Shown: positions 36,171-45,929 of the stretch, piece by piece | Layout: each line of letters begins with the position of its first letter | Numbering within the stretch: the stretch's first letter is position 1 | Source of the DNA: Dehalococcoidia bacterium | GTDB lineage: Bacteria > Chloroflexota > Dehalococcoidia > Bin125 | Length of the DNA stretch: 64,000 bases | Assembly (NCBI GenBank): GCA_965221065.1 | Contig: OZ244861.1 | Coordinates: 2,952,280-3,016,279, forward strand | Direction: 5' to 3' | The notes under the pieces: model-generated | Told to the model about the DNA's origin: nothing | The model's input: the letters and a program-made list of their open reading frames with translations, nothing else | Databases searched by the model: none | Made by a program: the position numbers and the translations under genes

Positions 36171-37085
36171 TCAATTGAGGCCCAGAACCGGTCGAGCGTT
36201 CTCCACGAGCACCCTGTCCAGCTCGCTGTCGGTCAGGCCGCTGCGCAGCAGTTGCAGGACCTGCGGCTGCTGATCCGCGCCGGGCGCGTCCGAGCCGAAC
36301 AGAACTCGCTCGACGCCCAGCCCGCGGATCAGCCGCGCCGCATCTTCCAGCGCGCACGCCCGGCGGCCGTCGCGGCAGGTGAAATGGCCGTCGTCGAAGC
36401 CGCCGGCCGTATCGAAGATGACCTGCGGGAAGCGTCTGGCAATCTCAATTCGCTGATCCCAGTAGGCGCCCGGCATGTGGGCCATGATGAACTGCAGCCG
36501 GGGGAAGCGTTCGAACACGGGGATGAAGTGGTCGGGCATCCCATACACATCGGCTCCGGGACCCCCGCGCAAGGCTCCGGTATCGCTCAGGATCGGCAGA
36601 CCCAACTCCTCCAGCCGCGCGTAGAGCGGCATCATCCGTTCGTCGGCAGGGAAATAGCGGCCCAGACCGGGGTGCATCTTCACCCCCCGCGCGCCCAGCG
36701 CCACGCCGCGCTCGAGCTCTTCCATCAACAGGTCCGTCTCGACCCACGTGCCGATGTCGCAGCAGAGGAACGTGCGGATCCGAGCGTCCTCGGCCTGCCG
36801 ACCGAGCGTCCAAGAATTGAAACTGCGTACCCGATCGTGGAGCATCGCCAGCAGTTCCTCTGCCGTGGCGTCAGGCCGGCGCTCACGTTGCTGCTCGAAC
36901 ATCTCCGGTACGACCATGTAGTTCAACCCGACGATCGCCTCGACGTCGTTGCGGGTCATGTATTCACCGCAGGCGTCCCCATTAGCCCAGCGCCACTCAA
37001 GTGGCAGGCCGCGCCGAGGGAAGACGATCGCCTCCTGCTCGGCCGTGCGGCAGAGGTGGACGTGGACATCGATCACGGTCGGCAT
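36171..37085 (-). CDS. Amidohydrolase-2 family protein
   Basis: IDVHVH, GVKMHP, MAHMPG, LFGSD. Confidence 0.88.
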   Translation of the reverse strand: MPTVIDVHVHLCRTAEQEAIVFPRRGLPLEWRWANGDACGEYMTRNDVEAIVGLNYMVVPEMFEQQRERRPDATAEELLAMLHDRVRSFNSWTLGRQAEDARIRTFLCCDIGTWVETDLLMEELERGVALGARGVKMHPGLGRYFPADERMMPLYARLEELGLPILSDTGALRGGPGADVYGMPDHFIPVFERFPRLQFIMAHMPGAYWDQRIEIARRFPQVIFDTAGGFDDGHFTCRDGRRACALEDAARLIRGLGVERVLFGSDAPGADQQPQVLQLLRSGLTDSELDRVLVENARPVLGLN

Positions 37086-37094
37086 TGGCTCACC

Positions 37095-39269
37095 TCACGG
37101 ATGCTTCGGGAGTCGGGCGGCGAGGAAGTCGGCGTAGTGCAGCGTCTGGTGGCTGGCGCCGCTGGAGTTCGCGCCGGCCCGGAGGTGAATGACACAGCCA
37201 GGATTATTGGTGATCAATGTGTCGCACCCTGTATCCGCAATGCAGCTGAGTTTGCGTTCGAGGATGCCTGCTCCCACCTCGGGCGCTGCGAGCGAAGTCA
37301 GACCGCCAAACCCGCAGCAGACATCCGGCTCGTCCAGCGGCAGCGCCGCCTCACCGGTCAGTCGTTCGACCAACGTGTCGATCCGCGCCCACGCGTCTCC
37401 TCGGTTCGATGTCTGACAAAACCGATGCGCGGTCCATGCCCCTACCTCGCCCTTGCTCAGACAGCCGTCGGGTAGCCGCCCCGGCCCCTCGAGCCAGTCG
37501 GCCAGGTCATGAACTCGATCACTGACGGCAGCCGCGCGATCTCGCCACTCAGCATCGTCGGCAAACAGGCGCGGCCAGTGGTCCTGCATTGAAATGACGC
37601 AGCTCGGCGCGGGCGTGACGATCTCACGCTCGCTGTCTTCGAGCGCCTCGATCGTATGCTTCGCCATTCGACGAGCGTTGTCCCAGTCGCCCGCGTCAAA
37701 GGCCGGAAGTCCGCAGCAGTGTTGCGACTCCGGCAACTGGACCGACGCGCCACCCGCTTCGATCAGCTTCGCAGTCGAGTCAACCGCAGTCGGCAAGAGT
37801 CGGTCGGCGAGGCACTGGGTAAACAGATCGACGGTCTGCCCAGCGGCGGGCGAATCGGCGAGCCGCGGTTCGGGGGCGCGACTCTCGACAAGCGACCGTC
37901 CCGGCCGCATGGGCAACGCCGGGATGGAGCGCCAGCGGAGCCTCCTGGGCAACGGTGCGTGTAAGTGATCACGCCGGACGAGACCAATGAGCCGCGCAAA
38001 CCCCGACCCGAGGGCAGCGAGGCCCATCATGTGATGGAACAGTCGCGGCCTGGCCCAGAGCCGCAGCGCGACGCGCTCCCAGAGCGGCGCATGGCCTGCC
38101 TGATGTGATCGGTGTCGAATCTCGAGGATTTGTTTGGGCAGCGGTATGTCGACCGGGCAGACCGTGTGGCAGGCGCCGCAGGAGACGCAGAGGCCCTGCG
38201 GCCCCGCGGCGTCTGCGATCCCGTGGTGAAAGGTCGTGTTCACCAACCCGATCGCGCCGGTGTAGATGTGGCCGAACGTGTGCCCGCCGACAACCTGGTA
38301 GGGCGGACACACGTTGGCGCAGGCCCCGCAGCGGATACAGCGCAGCGCGTCTGCAATGACATCGCTGTCGCGCATGGCGCGGCGGCCGTTATCGAGCAGG
38401 ATGATGTGCATCTCCTTGCCCGGCTGAGCTCCGGTGATGCACGTCGTGTACGTGCTCAAGGTCTGCGCAGTGGCTGAACGAGGCAGGAGTTGCAGCTGAC
38501 GCTCGGCATCGTTCCAGGACGGGATCAGCTTCTCGATCCCCGCGGTCACGAAATGCACGTCGGGCAGCGAAGTCGCGAGCCGCATGTTGCCCTCGTTGGT
38601 CACGACCATGATGCTTCCGGTCTCGGCGACCAGCGCATTCGCGCCGGTCAGACCGGCGCCGGCCGAGAGATAGTGCCGACGCAATCCATCGCGGGCACTG
38701 GCAACCATCGCCGGGATGTCGTCGGGATCAAACTCGCGTCCCAGCTCTTCCCCCAGAATCTCGGCGACGTACTGGCGCTTCTGGTGGATCGCCGGCATGA
38801 CGAGGTGAGACGGCCGCTCCTCGGCGAGCTGCAGCAGCCACTCCCCCAGATCGGTCTCGATCGCCGTAACGCCCCGTTGCTCAAGCTCGTGGTTGAGTTC
38901 GATCTCTTCCGACACCATCGACTTGCTCTTGACGACGAGGTCGACGCCGCGCGACTTGCAGACAGCCGCGATGTAGTTGACCGCTTCCTCCGCGGTGGAC
39001 AGCTCAATCACCGTTGCGCCGGCAGCCTCGGCATTGGCGCGAAACTCGGCGATGTAGTCGTCGATCCGCTCGAGGGTCGAATCCTTGACCGCCGCGAACT
39101 CCCGGCGCAGTTCGTCGAATGACCGCTCCGTGCGCTGCTCCAACCGTCGGACCTGCGCATCGCGGCTCTCCCGCCAGGACCGCTGGAAGGCCAGCAGTCG
39201 CGGCTTGAGATCGGGGTCGCCGACCGACCGCCGATAACGCTCCTTGAACGGCGCGGTCGACGCGCTCAT
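37095..39269 (-). CDS. lutB: LutB-LutA fusion (LUD domain, 2x4Fe-4S, two CCG domains)
   Basis: Start ATG 39269. VKSKSM, ETDLGE, CIRCGAC...CP, CVSCGAC...CP, then QHCCG and VCCGFGG. Confidence 0.88.
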   Translation of the reverse strand: MSASTAPFKERYRRSVGDPDLKPRLLAFQRSWRESRDAQVRRLEQRTERSFDELRREFAAVKDSTLERIDDYIAEFRANAEAAGATVIELSTAEEAVNYIAAVCKSRGVDLVVKSKSMVSEEIELNHELEQRGVTAIETDLGEWLLQLAEERPSHLVMPAIHQKRQYVAEILGEELGREFDPDDIPAMVASARDGLRRHYLSAGAGLTGANALVAETGSIMVVTNEGNMRLATSLPDVHFVTAGIEKLIPSWNDAERQLQLLPRSATAQTLSTYTTCITGAQPGKEMHIILLDNGRRAMRDSDVIADALRCIRCGACANVCPPYQVVGGHTFGHIYTGAIGLVNTTFHHGIADAAGPQGLCVSCGACHTVCPVDIPLPKQILEIRHRSHQAGHAPLWERVALRLWARPRLFHHMMGLAALGSGFARLIGLVRRDHLHAPLPRRLRWRSIPALPMRPGRSLVESRAPEPRLADSPAAGQTVDLFTQCLADRLLPTAVDSTAKLIEAGGASVQLPESQHCCGLPAFDAGDWDNARRMAKHTIEALEDSEREIVTPAPSCVISMQDHWPRLFADDAEWRDRAAAVSDRVHDLADWLEGPGRLPDGCLSKGEVGAWTAHRFCQTSNRGDAWARIDTLVERLTGEAALPLDEPDVCCGFGGLTSLAAPEVGAGILERKLSCIADTGCDTLITNNPGCVIHLRAGANSSGASHQTLHYADFLAARLPKHP

Positions 39270-39775
39270 GCGAGCACCGCCACCATAAGTCGGCTCGGAC
39301 CCTGCACACCGATGGTCAGCGAACGCTCGATGTCGGCGGTGCGCGACGGCCCGGTGACGAACGTGGCATAGGCGGCCGCGCGCGGCTGCTGCGCGAGCCA
39401 GCGGAAACCATCCGACAGTTCGTCGACGATATCCGACTCGGCGACGGCGACAATCAGATGCCTGGTCAGAAGCGAAACGGCCCGGTCGATCGGCGCCGGC
39501 TCGAGTAGTAGTACTGATCCAGTCTCCGCCACGGCCAGAGTTGCAACAGTGATTCCTACTGATCGATCGGCGATCGAACGCAATGGTTCGTTCTCGTCGG
39601 GCAACTCGCCTTGTTGTAGATGTGCATGGGCGGCCGGCGCGACAACCGGCGTTTCGTCGCTGAGCGATATAGCGTACTGCCAGATGTCGTCCCACGTTCG
39701 GCACGGCGCGAGTTCGCCCTGCGCGGCCCGCAGGCCGTCCGCGAACAGTGCGGTGCGCTCGCTGGTCGTCGTCAT
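39266..39775 (-). CDS. lutC: LutC/YkgG (LUD domain) protein
   Basis: AETGS, TGPSRTADIE...GVQGP. Confidence 0.88.
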   Translation of the reverse strand: MTTTSERTALFADGLRAAQGELAPCRTWDDIWQYAISLSDETPVVAPAAHAHLQQGELPDENEPLRSIADRSVGITVATLAVAETGSVLLLEPAPIDRAVSLLTRHLIVAVAESDIVDELSDGFRWLAQQPRAAAYATFVTGPSRTADIERSLTIGVQGPSRLMVAVLA

Positions 39776-39861
39776 GGGCGGAGTCTAACAGCCGACCCGA
39801 TATGGGGATGTATGCTCAGGGCGGACCGACGGTCCGTTCAGCGATCGACGGAGGCCAGGCC

Positions 39862-41016
39862 ATGATTGAACTGTCTGAGGCACAACAGTTAATTCAACAA
39901 ACAGTACGCGACTTCGCGCGTGCCGAGATCGACCCGATCGCCGACGATATTGATCGAGAGGACCGATTTCCCACGCATCTCTGGCCCATGCTGGGCGAAC
40001 TCGGCCTGTTAGGCGTGACGATTGAAGAACAGTACGGCGGCTCCAACGCCGGATTGCTGGCGGGCGTAATTGCTACTGAAGAGATCGCGCGGGCGAGCGC
40101 ATCAATAGCATTGTCGTATGGTGCGCATGCCAACCTGTGCGCCAACAACATCGAGACCAACGGCAGTGAGGCGCAGAAGGAACAGTATCTGCCCGGGCTC
40201 TGCGACGGCACCCAGATCGGCGCGCTGGCGTTGACTGAGCCGGAGGCCGGATCCGACGCGATGGGCATACGTACGACCGCCGTGCGCGACGGCGACGTGT
40301 ATCGACTCAACGGGTCGAAGATGTTCATTACCAACGGCTCCGTCGCCGACACGCTCGTGCTCTATGCCAAGACGGATCTCGAGGCCGGCTCAGCCGGCGT
40401 CACGGCCTTCATTGTCGAATCGGCATTCGATGGATTCAGCGTCGGACAGGTGTTGGACAAGGTGGGACATCGCGGCTCACCGACCGCTGAGCTGCTCCTG
40501 GAGGACTGCATCGTCCCCGCCGCAAACGTGTTACGCGGTGAAGGCGCGGGCGCGGGCGTGATGATGCAGGGCCTGGCGGTCGAGCGCGCATTCCTGGCCG
40601 GAGAGCCATTGGGCATCGCCCAGGCGGCACTGGACGAAGCGGTCGAGTACGCCCGAACCCGCAGGCAGTTCGGCCGGCGGATCGGCGACTTCCAACTCAT
40701 CCAGGCCATGCTCGCCGACATGTACACGGAACTCGAGGCCGCTCGCTGGCTGGTCTACCGCACCGCACACGTGGTGGAGGAATCCGCAGCGAAGGGCATG
40801 CGCAGCAACAAGGAGGCAGCCGCGGCGATCCTGTACTCAGCCGAGATGTCAAGCCGAGTGGCCGACAAGGCAGTTCAGGTCCACGGCGGCTACGGCTACA
40901 TGAGCGAAAGCCGCGTAGCCCGCTATGTCCGAGACGCCAAACTGCTGGAGATCGGGGCGGGAACGTCCGAGATTCGCCGGATGCTGATCGGTCGGGAGTT
41001 GATCGGTCCGGAGTGA
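39862..41016 (+). CDS. Acyl-CoA dehydrogenase (isovaleryl-CoA dehydrogenase-like)
   Basis: ALTEPEAGSD, NGSKMFITNG, RRQFG, HGGYGY, EIGAGTSEIRR. Confidence 0.93.
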   Translation: MIELSEAQQLIQQTVRDFARAEIDPIADDIDREDRFPTHLWPMLGELGLLGVTIEEQYGGSNAGLLAGVIATEEIARASASIALSYGAHANLCANNIETNGSEAQKEQYLPGLCDGTQIGALALTEPEAGSDAMGIRTTAVRDGDVYRLNGSKMFITNGSVADTLVLYAKTDLEAGSAGVTAFIVESAFDGFSVGQVLDKVGHRGSPTAELLLEDCIVPAANVLRGEGAGAGVMMQGLAVERAFLAGEPLGIAQAALDEAVEYARTRRQFGRRIGDFQLIQAMLADMYTELEAARWLVYRTAHVVEESAAKGMRSNKEAAAAILYSAEMSSRVADKAVQVHGGYGYMSESRVARYVRDAKLLEIGAGTSEIRRMLIGRELIGPE

Positions 41017-41044
41017 CTAAAGACCTCGGTCACGGTGGGATCCC

Positions 41045-41572
41045 TTAGGACCCGAGCAAGATCGTTCGGCCCTGCTGATACGCATCCAGCGCCCGTGCCT
41101 GCAGACCCTCAGTGCCGGCGCTCCCGATTGGATGATCGACGAGCGCGTAGCGAAAGTCCGGCATTCCGAGCGTCTTGGCGATCATCCGACCGGTCGGATC
41201 GAAGGGGTGAGTGCAGAGCACCAGACCCGGCTTACCGGTCTGCTCGAACGTGATCCCGTCGTGCACACTGCACGTTGAGCAGGAGCCTCAATCGCCCACC
41301 GCCGTGATCAGGAAATCGACGTCGTTGGCGATCCGTTCCAGGACCTGCGGATCGGCGATCCGACTGGCGTTGCGCTTGCCTGAGTCGATCACGATCTTGC
41401 AGCCTGCTTCACGTTCGAAGACCTCGGCGGTATAGCGCAACAATCTGTCGGCGTTGACCTTGCCGTTGGAGAACAGCCCGATGTTGAGGCCGTCCAGCCT
41501 GGTCAGGCGAGGCGCGGCCGTGTAGCCCGTCGGCGTTGGCTCGCCCGTTGGGTCCAACAATTCCAGTGCCAT
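41045..41572 (-). CDS. UGSC-family selenoprotein (175 aa, Sec at the UGA 41288-41290)
   Basis: ATG 41572 reads ...ITAVGD-tga-GSCSTCSVHDG...HPIG... in one frame to the stop at 41045, joining two ORF-track fragments. Confidence 0.88.
41240..41287 (-). promoter_or_regulatory. Candidate bacterial SECIS hairpin
   Basis: CGUGCA-GUG-UGCACG stem-loop starts 13 nt after the UGA. CUGCUC (41282-41277) can pair with GAGCAG (41245-41240). Confidence 0.55.
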
Positions 41573-41592
41573 GAACGTCTCCGATATCAGGC

Positions 41593-42657
41593 TCAGCAGT
41601 CGAGGCAGACGCCGATCGCCGTGGTTTGGTAGATCGAGTTGCGGCCTCGACTCCACGACGGCAGGAAAGCGGAGTGTCCTCCGGCCTCGCCGCCCGCGAC
41701 GACGAGCAGAATGTCGTCCGGGCTGCGTCCGCGATGGAAGCGCCCCAACCTGCGATCGTGGCCGCGCTCGCCCTCGGAGAGACCGTCTTGGTCGAGTCCG
41801 GGCGGCCACTTGCCGTTGCTCAGCATGTCGTCTGGATCCCGGCTGGCTTGCTCGAAGAGATATGCCTGCACATCCCGCTTGGACATCCCGCCCGACGCAG
41901 CGATCTGCGCATGCTCCGGCGACATCACCACCAGCGACTGGCCATCGGTCAGCGCTCCCAGCGAGCCCATGGCGTCGGCGAACGTGTCGAGCAGGCGCTC
42001 CGGGTCGCTGGTGTAATGATTCTCGACGTTGTAGAAACCGGACGCGGCGAAAACGGTCGCCGTCGAAACCTCCGGCGGGAAGCCCAACGACTCGTGCAGC
42101 GGCTCCCAGGGACTGTTGAGGATGTTCTCCGAGATGCAGCAGGAGTACTTGCCCGGCCAGCCGGTGGTCGAGCGATCGGAGATGCCCGGAATCATCTGGA
42201 AGATGTTCATGATCACCAGCCGGATCGCACGTCCGATCGTCGCATTGGCGCGATAGCCGGGTCCGAACACGTTGACGCTGGCGTTCATCCCGATCTCGTC
42301 GCGGATATCGCCCGAGACGATCACGACCGGTGCCGAACCGCCGGTGCTGGCCGTCGATCCGTGGAAGTTGTACGCGTCCTCGTTCAGCCCCTCGAGCGCA
42401 GCGAGCACGGTCGGGAAGTACTGCGGTAGACAACCCGCCATCACCGCATTGACAGCGGCCGACTGCACGCTGCATTCCCGTCCGGTTGCCGGGTGACGGG
42501 CGACGATCTCCTCAGGCGGCCGTCCGGCCGCCATGAGGAAGCGCTCGACCCGCTCGCGTACCGGCGGGACAACCGGCAAGCCGTCGGTCCAGCCCTGTTC
42601 ATAGCAATAGTCGATGGCGGAGAGTTCGTCGTTGAGGATGTGAGTCTCGGTGGTCAT
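41593..42657 (-). CDS. Uncharacterised UGSC-associated protein with C-terminal CxxC
   Basis: GWTDGLPVVPP, NAVMAGC, RANATIGRA, ISEN...PW, SPEHA; ends GVCLDC. Confidence 0.85.
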   Translation of the reverse strand: MTTETHILNDELSAIDYCYEQGWTDGLPVVPPVRERVERFLMAAGRPPEEIVARHPATGRECSVQSAAVNAVMAGCLPQYFPTVLAALEGLNEDAYNFHGSTASTGGSAPVVIVSGDIRDEIGMNASVNVFGPGYRANATIGRAIRLVIMNIFQMIPGISDRSTTGWPGKYSCCISENILNSPWEPLHESLGFPPEVSTATVFAASGFYNVENHYTSDPERLLDTFADAMGSLGALTDGQSLVVMSPEHAQIAASGGMSKRDVQAYLFEQASRDPDDMLSNGKWPPGLDQDGLSEGERGHDRRLGRFHRGRSPDDILLVVAGGEAGGHSAFLPSWSRGRNSIYQTTAIGVCLDC

Positions 42658-42789
42658 GGCCTGAGTCTAGGGCGTTGCTTTGGGAGGCCGGCACGTCAAT
42701 CGACTTAGTTCGTCCGTACAAAGTGAGCATCTAAACTGGCCTAGCGGCGCGTCCGGAGCGGCTCCTGACGGGTCTCTGAAGAGGCGGCG

Positions 42790-44454
42790 ATGGCGGAGCG
42801 AAACGGCTCGGGCGCTCGCGGCGCGGACGTTCGACGGCCGAGCGACGACCGACCTCTGGTCACCGGACCGTCCCTCGGTCCGATCCCCTATCACTGGGTC
42901 GCCGCGATCGTGGTCTGTGTCGGCACCTTCCTCGGTGTCATGGACAACACGATCACGAACATCGCCTTGCCGACCCTGAAGGACGAGTTCGACCGCTCCC
43001 TGGACGATGTCATCTGGGTCGCCCTTTCCTTCATCGTGGTCAGCACCGGGCTCTCGCTGACCATGGGACGCCTCGGCGACCTCTACGGTCGCAAAAAGCT
43101 CTACGCGTGGGGTTTCGTGGTCTTCACGATCGCCACGTTCCTCTCCTCGATCTCCGGCTCGTTGGAAGAGCTGGTCGGAACGCGCGTCCTGCAGGCGATC
43201 GGTTCCTCGATGACCATCGCCAACGGCGCGGCGATCATCACCGCTTCCTTCCCGCCCTCGAAACGCGGGACGGGCTTGGGCCTGATCGTCTCCACCGTCG
43301 GAGCCGGCGCCGCGGCCGGACCAATCCTCGGCGGTCTGCTGATCGACTTGCTCGACTGGCGCGCGATCTTCTGGACGCGCGTGCCCTTTGGCCTGCTCGC
43401 CGCGTTGCTCGCCTGGCGATTCCTGAAGGACGCTCCCAGTCACCAGCGACCCAAGGGCCTCGATATCCCCGGTGCGGTGCTGCTCTTTGGCATGCTGGCC
43501 TGTCTCACGTTCGGCATCAACCGCGCTCGAGACCTCGGCCTGACGTCGACCCTGGTGACCGTGGTCATAGCGGCCGGGCTGGTCTTCCTCGTCTGGTTCG
43601 TCATCGTCGAGCGTCGCTCTCCGTCGCCGGTCGTCGATCTGGGCCTGTTCAAAGGACGGGGATTCTCGTTCGGCATCCTAGCGGCAATCCTCCAGTTCTT
43701 CGGTATGAGTTTCACCTTCTATCTCGTGCCCACCCTGTTGCAGGACGGACGCGGCTTCACGGCGACCGAGACCGCCCTGATGATGATGCCGCTCTCCCTG
43801 ATGATGCTGATCATGTCCCCGGTGTCGGGCCGCTTATCCGACCGCTTCGGATCACGCCCGCTGACGACCGTCGGCATGGTTCTGGTCTGTCTCGCGCTGT
43901 TCCTGCTCTCGCGCACGACGGCGGACACCTCACCGGTCGACTTCGCCATGCGCATGATGCTGCTCGGCATTGGCACGGCGACTTTCGGTTCGCCGAACAC
44001 GTCGGTGATCATGTCGGCGGTGCCTCCCGAACGGCTCGGCACGGCATCCGCCTCCCAGACAACCGCACGCACCTTCGGCAACTCGTTCGGCACCTCCGTC
44101 GGTGTGGCGGTGATGACATCGGTCGCCGCCAGCTTCGCGCTCAACAACGGGGTCTCGGCCGAGAGCGGCGAAGCGATCACGCAGGGCTTCCGAATGGCGT
44201 TGCTGGTGGCGACCATCGCAGCTTCTCCGGCGATTCTGCTCTCATTGCTCGGGGGACAGCGCGGCGTCCGGGTCGTCGCCGAGAAGGCCGCGGAGGGCGT
44301 ACAGGTCGTGCGCGAGGCGATCGAGATTGAGATATCGGCAATGGTGCCGCTGTTCCGTGGCCAGAAGACGCTGCCGCATCGCGAGATTGGCCTGAACGGC
44401 GTACAAGAGCAGCGGCCGGCCGCCCCGGTCCCGGTGGAAGAGGAGACAACGTGA
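42790..44454 (+). CDS. MFS transporter, DHA2 (14-TM) family
   Basis: MDNTITNIALP, GRLGDLYGRKK, GPILGG...WRAIF. Confidence 0.93.
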   Translation: MAERNGSGARGADVRRPSDDRPLVTGPSLGPIPYHWVAAIVVCVGTFLGVMDNTITNIALPTLKDEFDRSLDDVIWVALSFIVVSTGLSLTMGRLGDLYGRKKLYAWGFVVFTIATFLSSISGSLEELVGTRVLQAIGSSMTIANGAAIITASFPPSKRGTGLGLIVSTVGAGAAAGPILGGLLIDLLDWRAIFWTRVPFGLLAALLAWRFLKDAPSHQRPKGLDIPGAVLLFGMLACLTFGINRARDLGLTSTLVTVVIAAGLVFLVWFVIVERRSPSPVVDLGLFKGRGFSFGILAAILQFFGMSFTFYLVPTLLQDGRGFTATETALMMMPLSLMMLIMSPVSGRLSDRFGSRPLTTVGMVLVCLALFLLSRTTADTSPVDFAMRMMLLGIGTATFGSPNTSVIMSAVPPERLGTASASQTTARTFGNSFGTSVGVAVMTSVAASFALNNGVSAESGEAITQGFRMALLVATIAASPAILLSLLGGQRGVRVVAEKAAEGVQVVREAIEIEISAMVPLFRGQKTLPHREIGLNGVQEQRPAAPVPVEEETT

Positions 44455-45929
44455 GCCATGTGATTGTCGTCGGAGCCGGCAACGCCGCCCTCTGCGCTGC
44501 GCTCGCGGCCCGAGAACACGGAGCCGACGTGACGGTCGTCGAGAAGGCGCCGGAGGGCGAGCGCGGCGGCAACACCTACTTCACCGGCGGCGGCTTCCGC
44601 TTCCCCTACGACGGCATGGACGACATCCTGCGCATCATCCCCGACCTGAGCGACGCGGAGATCGAGCGAGTCGACGTCGGCGCCTACCCGAGCGCGCAGT
44701 TCCGAGACGACTTGGCGCGGGTGACCGATGGCCTGATTGACGATGGCATGGCCTCGGCTCTCGTTCGCGAGGCCGCGCCGACCATCGAATGGCTCCACCG
44801 TCAAGGCGTCAAGTTCACCCTGATGACAGGACGGCAGGCGAACGACGTCGACGGCAAGCTGGTCTTCTACGGCGGACTGACGGTCGAGGCGGTCGGCGCA
44901 GGCAAGGGACTGTCGGACCAGGAGTTCGCTGCCGCCGAGCGGGTCGGCGTTGACATCCGCTACGACGCAAAGGTCGTGAACCTGCTCCGCGACGGGCGCC
45001 GCGTTCGCGGCGTCGAGCTCTGGACCGAGGACGACGTTGAAGAGCTCGAGGCGGACGCAGTTGTCCTGGCGGCCGGTGGGTTTGAAGCGAACATCGAGAT
45101 GCGCACCCGTTACCTCGGTCCCGGCTGGGACATGGCTAAGGTGCGCGGATCCCGGTTCAACACGGGCGACGCCATCCAGGCTGCGATCGACGCCGGCGCG
45201 CAACCCTTCGGTAACTGGTCCGGCGCGCACGCGGTTGCCTGGGATCTGAATGCGCCACCCACCGGCAACCGGATCGTCGCCGATCTCTACCAGAAGCACT
45301 CATACCCGTATGGGTTGATCGTCAATCTCGACGGTGAGCGCTTCGTCGACGAAGGCGCCGACATCCGCAACTACACCTACGCCAAGTACGGCCGCGCCAT
45401 CCTCGCGCAGCCCGAGCGGGCGGCGTTCCAACTCTTCGACCAGCGCACCGCGCATCTGCTGCGCGACGAATACCACGTCCGACAGGTGACCATGGCCCAG
45501 GCCGACACCATCGCAGATCTCGCCGAGTCGCTCGGTGTCGATGCCGACGGCCTGCAGCGGACGATCGACGACTACAACAGGTCCTGTCCCGAGCACGGAA
45601 TCGACGGCTTCAATCCGTCAACCCTGGACGGTGTCGGAACACGAGGTGTCAACCCACCGAAATCGAATTGGGCGTTGCCCTTCGATTCCCCGCCCTACCT
45701 CGGCTACGCGGTGACCTGCGGCATCACGTTCACGTTCGGCGGCCTCAAGATCGATCCTCGCACCGCACAGGTCTTGGACACCGAGGATCGTCCAATGGCC
45801 GGTCTCTACGCCGCCGGAGAGCTGGTCGGCGGATTGTTCTACAACAACTACGCCGGGGGCTCCGGTCTCATGGCTGGCAGTGTCTTTGGACGAATCGCGG
45901 GACGGAGCGCCGCCGTTGAACGCGTCTGA
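44451..45929 (+). CDS. tcuA: FAD-dependent tricarballylate dehydrogenase TcuA-like flavoprotein
   Basis: VVGAGNAA, RGGNTYFT, AAGGFEAN, GITFTFGG, GELVGGLFY. Confidence 0.8.
   Translation: MSHVIVVGAGNAALCAALAAREHGADVTVVEKAPEGERGGNTYFTGGGFRFPYDGMDDILRIIPDLSDAEIERVDVGAYPSAQFRDDLARVTDGLIDDGMASALVREAAPTIEWLHRQGVKFTLMTGRQANDVDGKLVFYGGLTVEAVGAGKGLSDQEFAAAERVGVDIRYDAKVVNLLRDGRRVRGVELWTEDDVEELEADAVVLAAGGFEANIEMRTRYLGPGWDMAKVRGSRFNTGDAIQAAIDAGAQPFGNWSGAHAVAWDLNAPPTGNRIVADLYQKHSYPYGLIVNLDGERFVDEGADIRNYTYAKYGRAILAQPERAAFQLFDQRTAHLLRDEYHVRQVTMAQADTIADLAESLGVDADGLQRTIDDYNRSCPEHGIDGFNPSTLDGVGTRGVNPPKSNWALPFDSPPYLGYAVTCGITFTFGGLKIDPRTAQVLDTEDRPMAGLYAAGELVGGLFYNNYAGGSGLMAGSVFGRIAGRSAAVERV

Noticed and set aside
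39270-39704. Extended N-termini of ORF-track calls (37095..39704, also 46712..48649 and 60112..61704)
   Set aside because: They overlap genuine neighbouring genes; starts were reassigned to 39269, 48274 and 61080.
41587-41595. TGA-GCC-TGA after CLDC as Sec readthrough or a fusion to the UGSC gene
   Set aside because: The downstream gene is in a different frame and has its own GGAG RBS; an ordinary stop is simpler.
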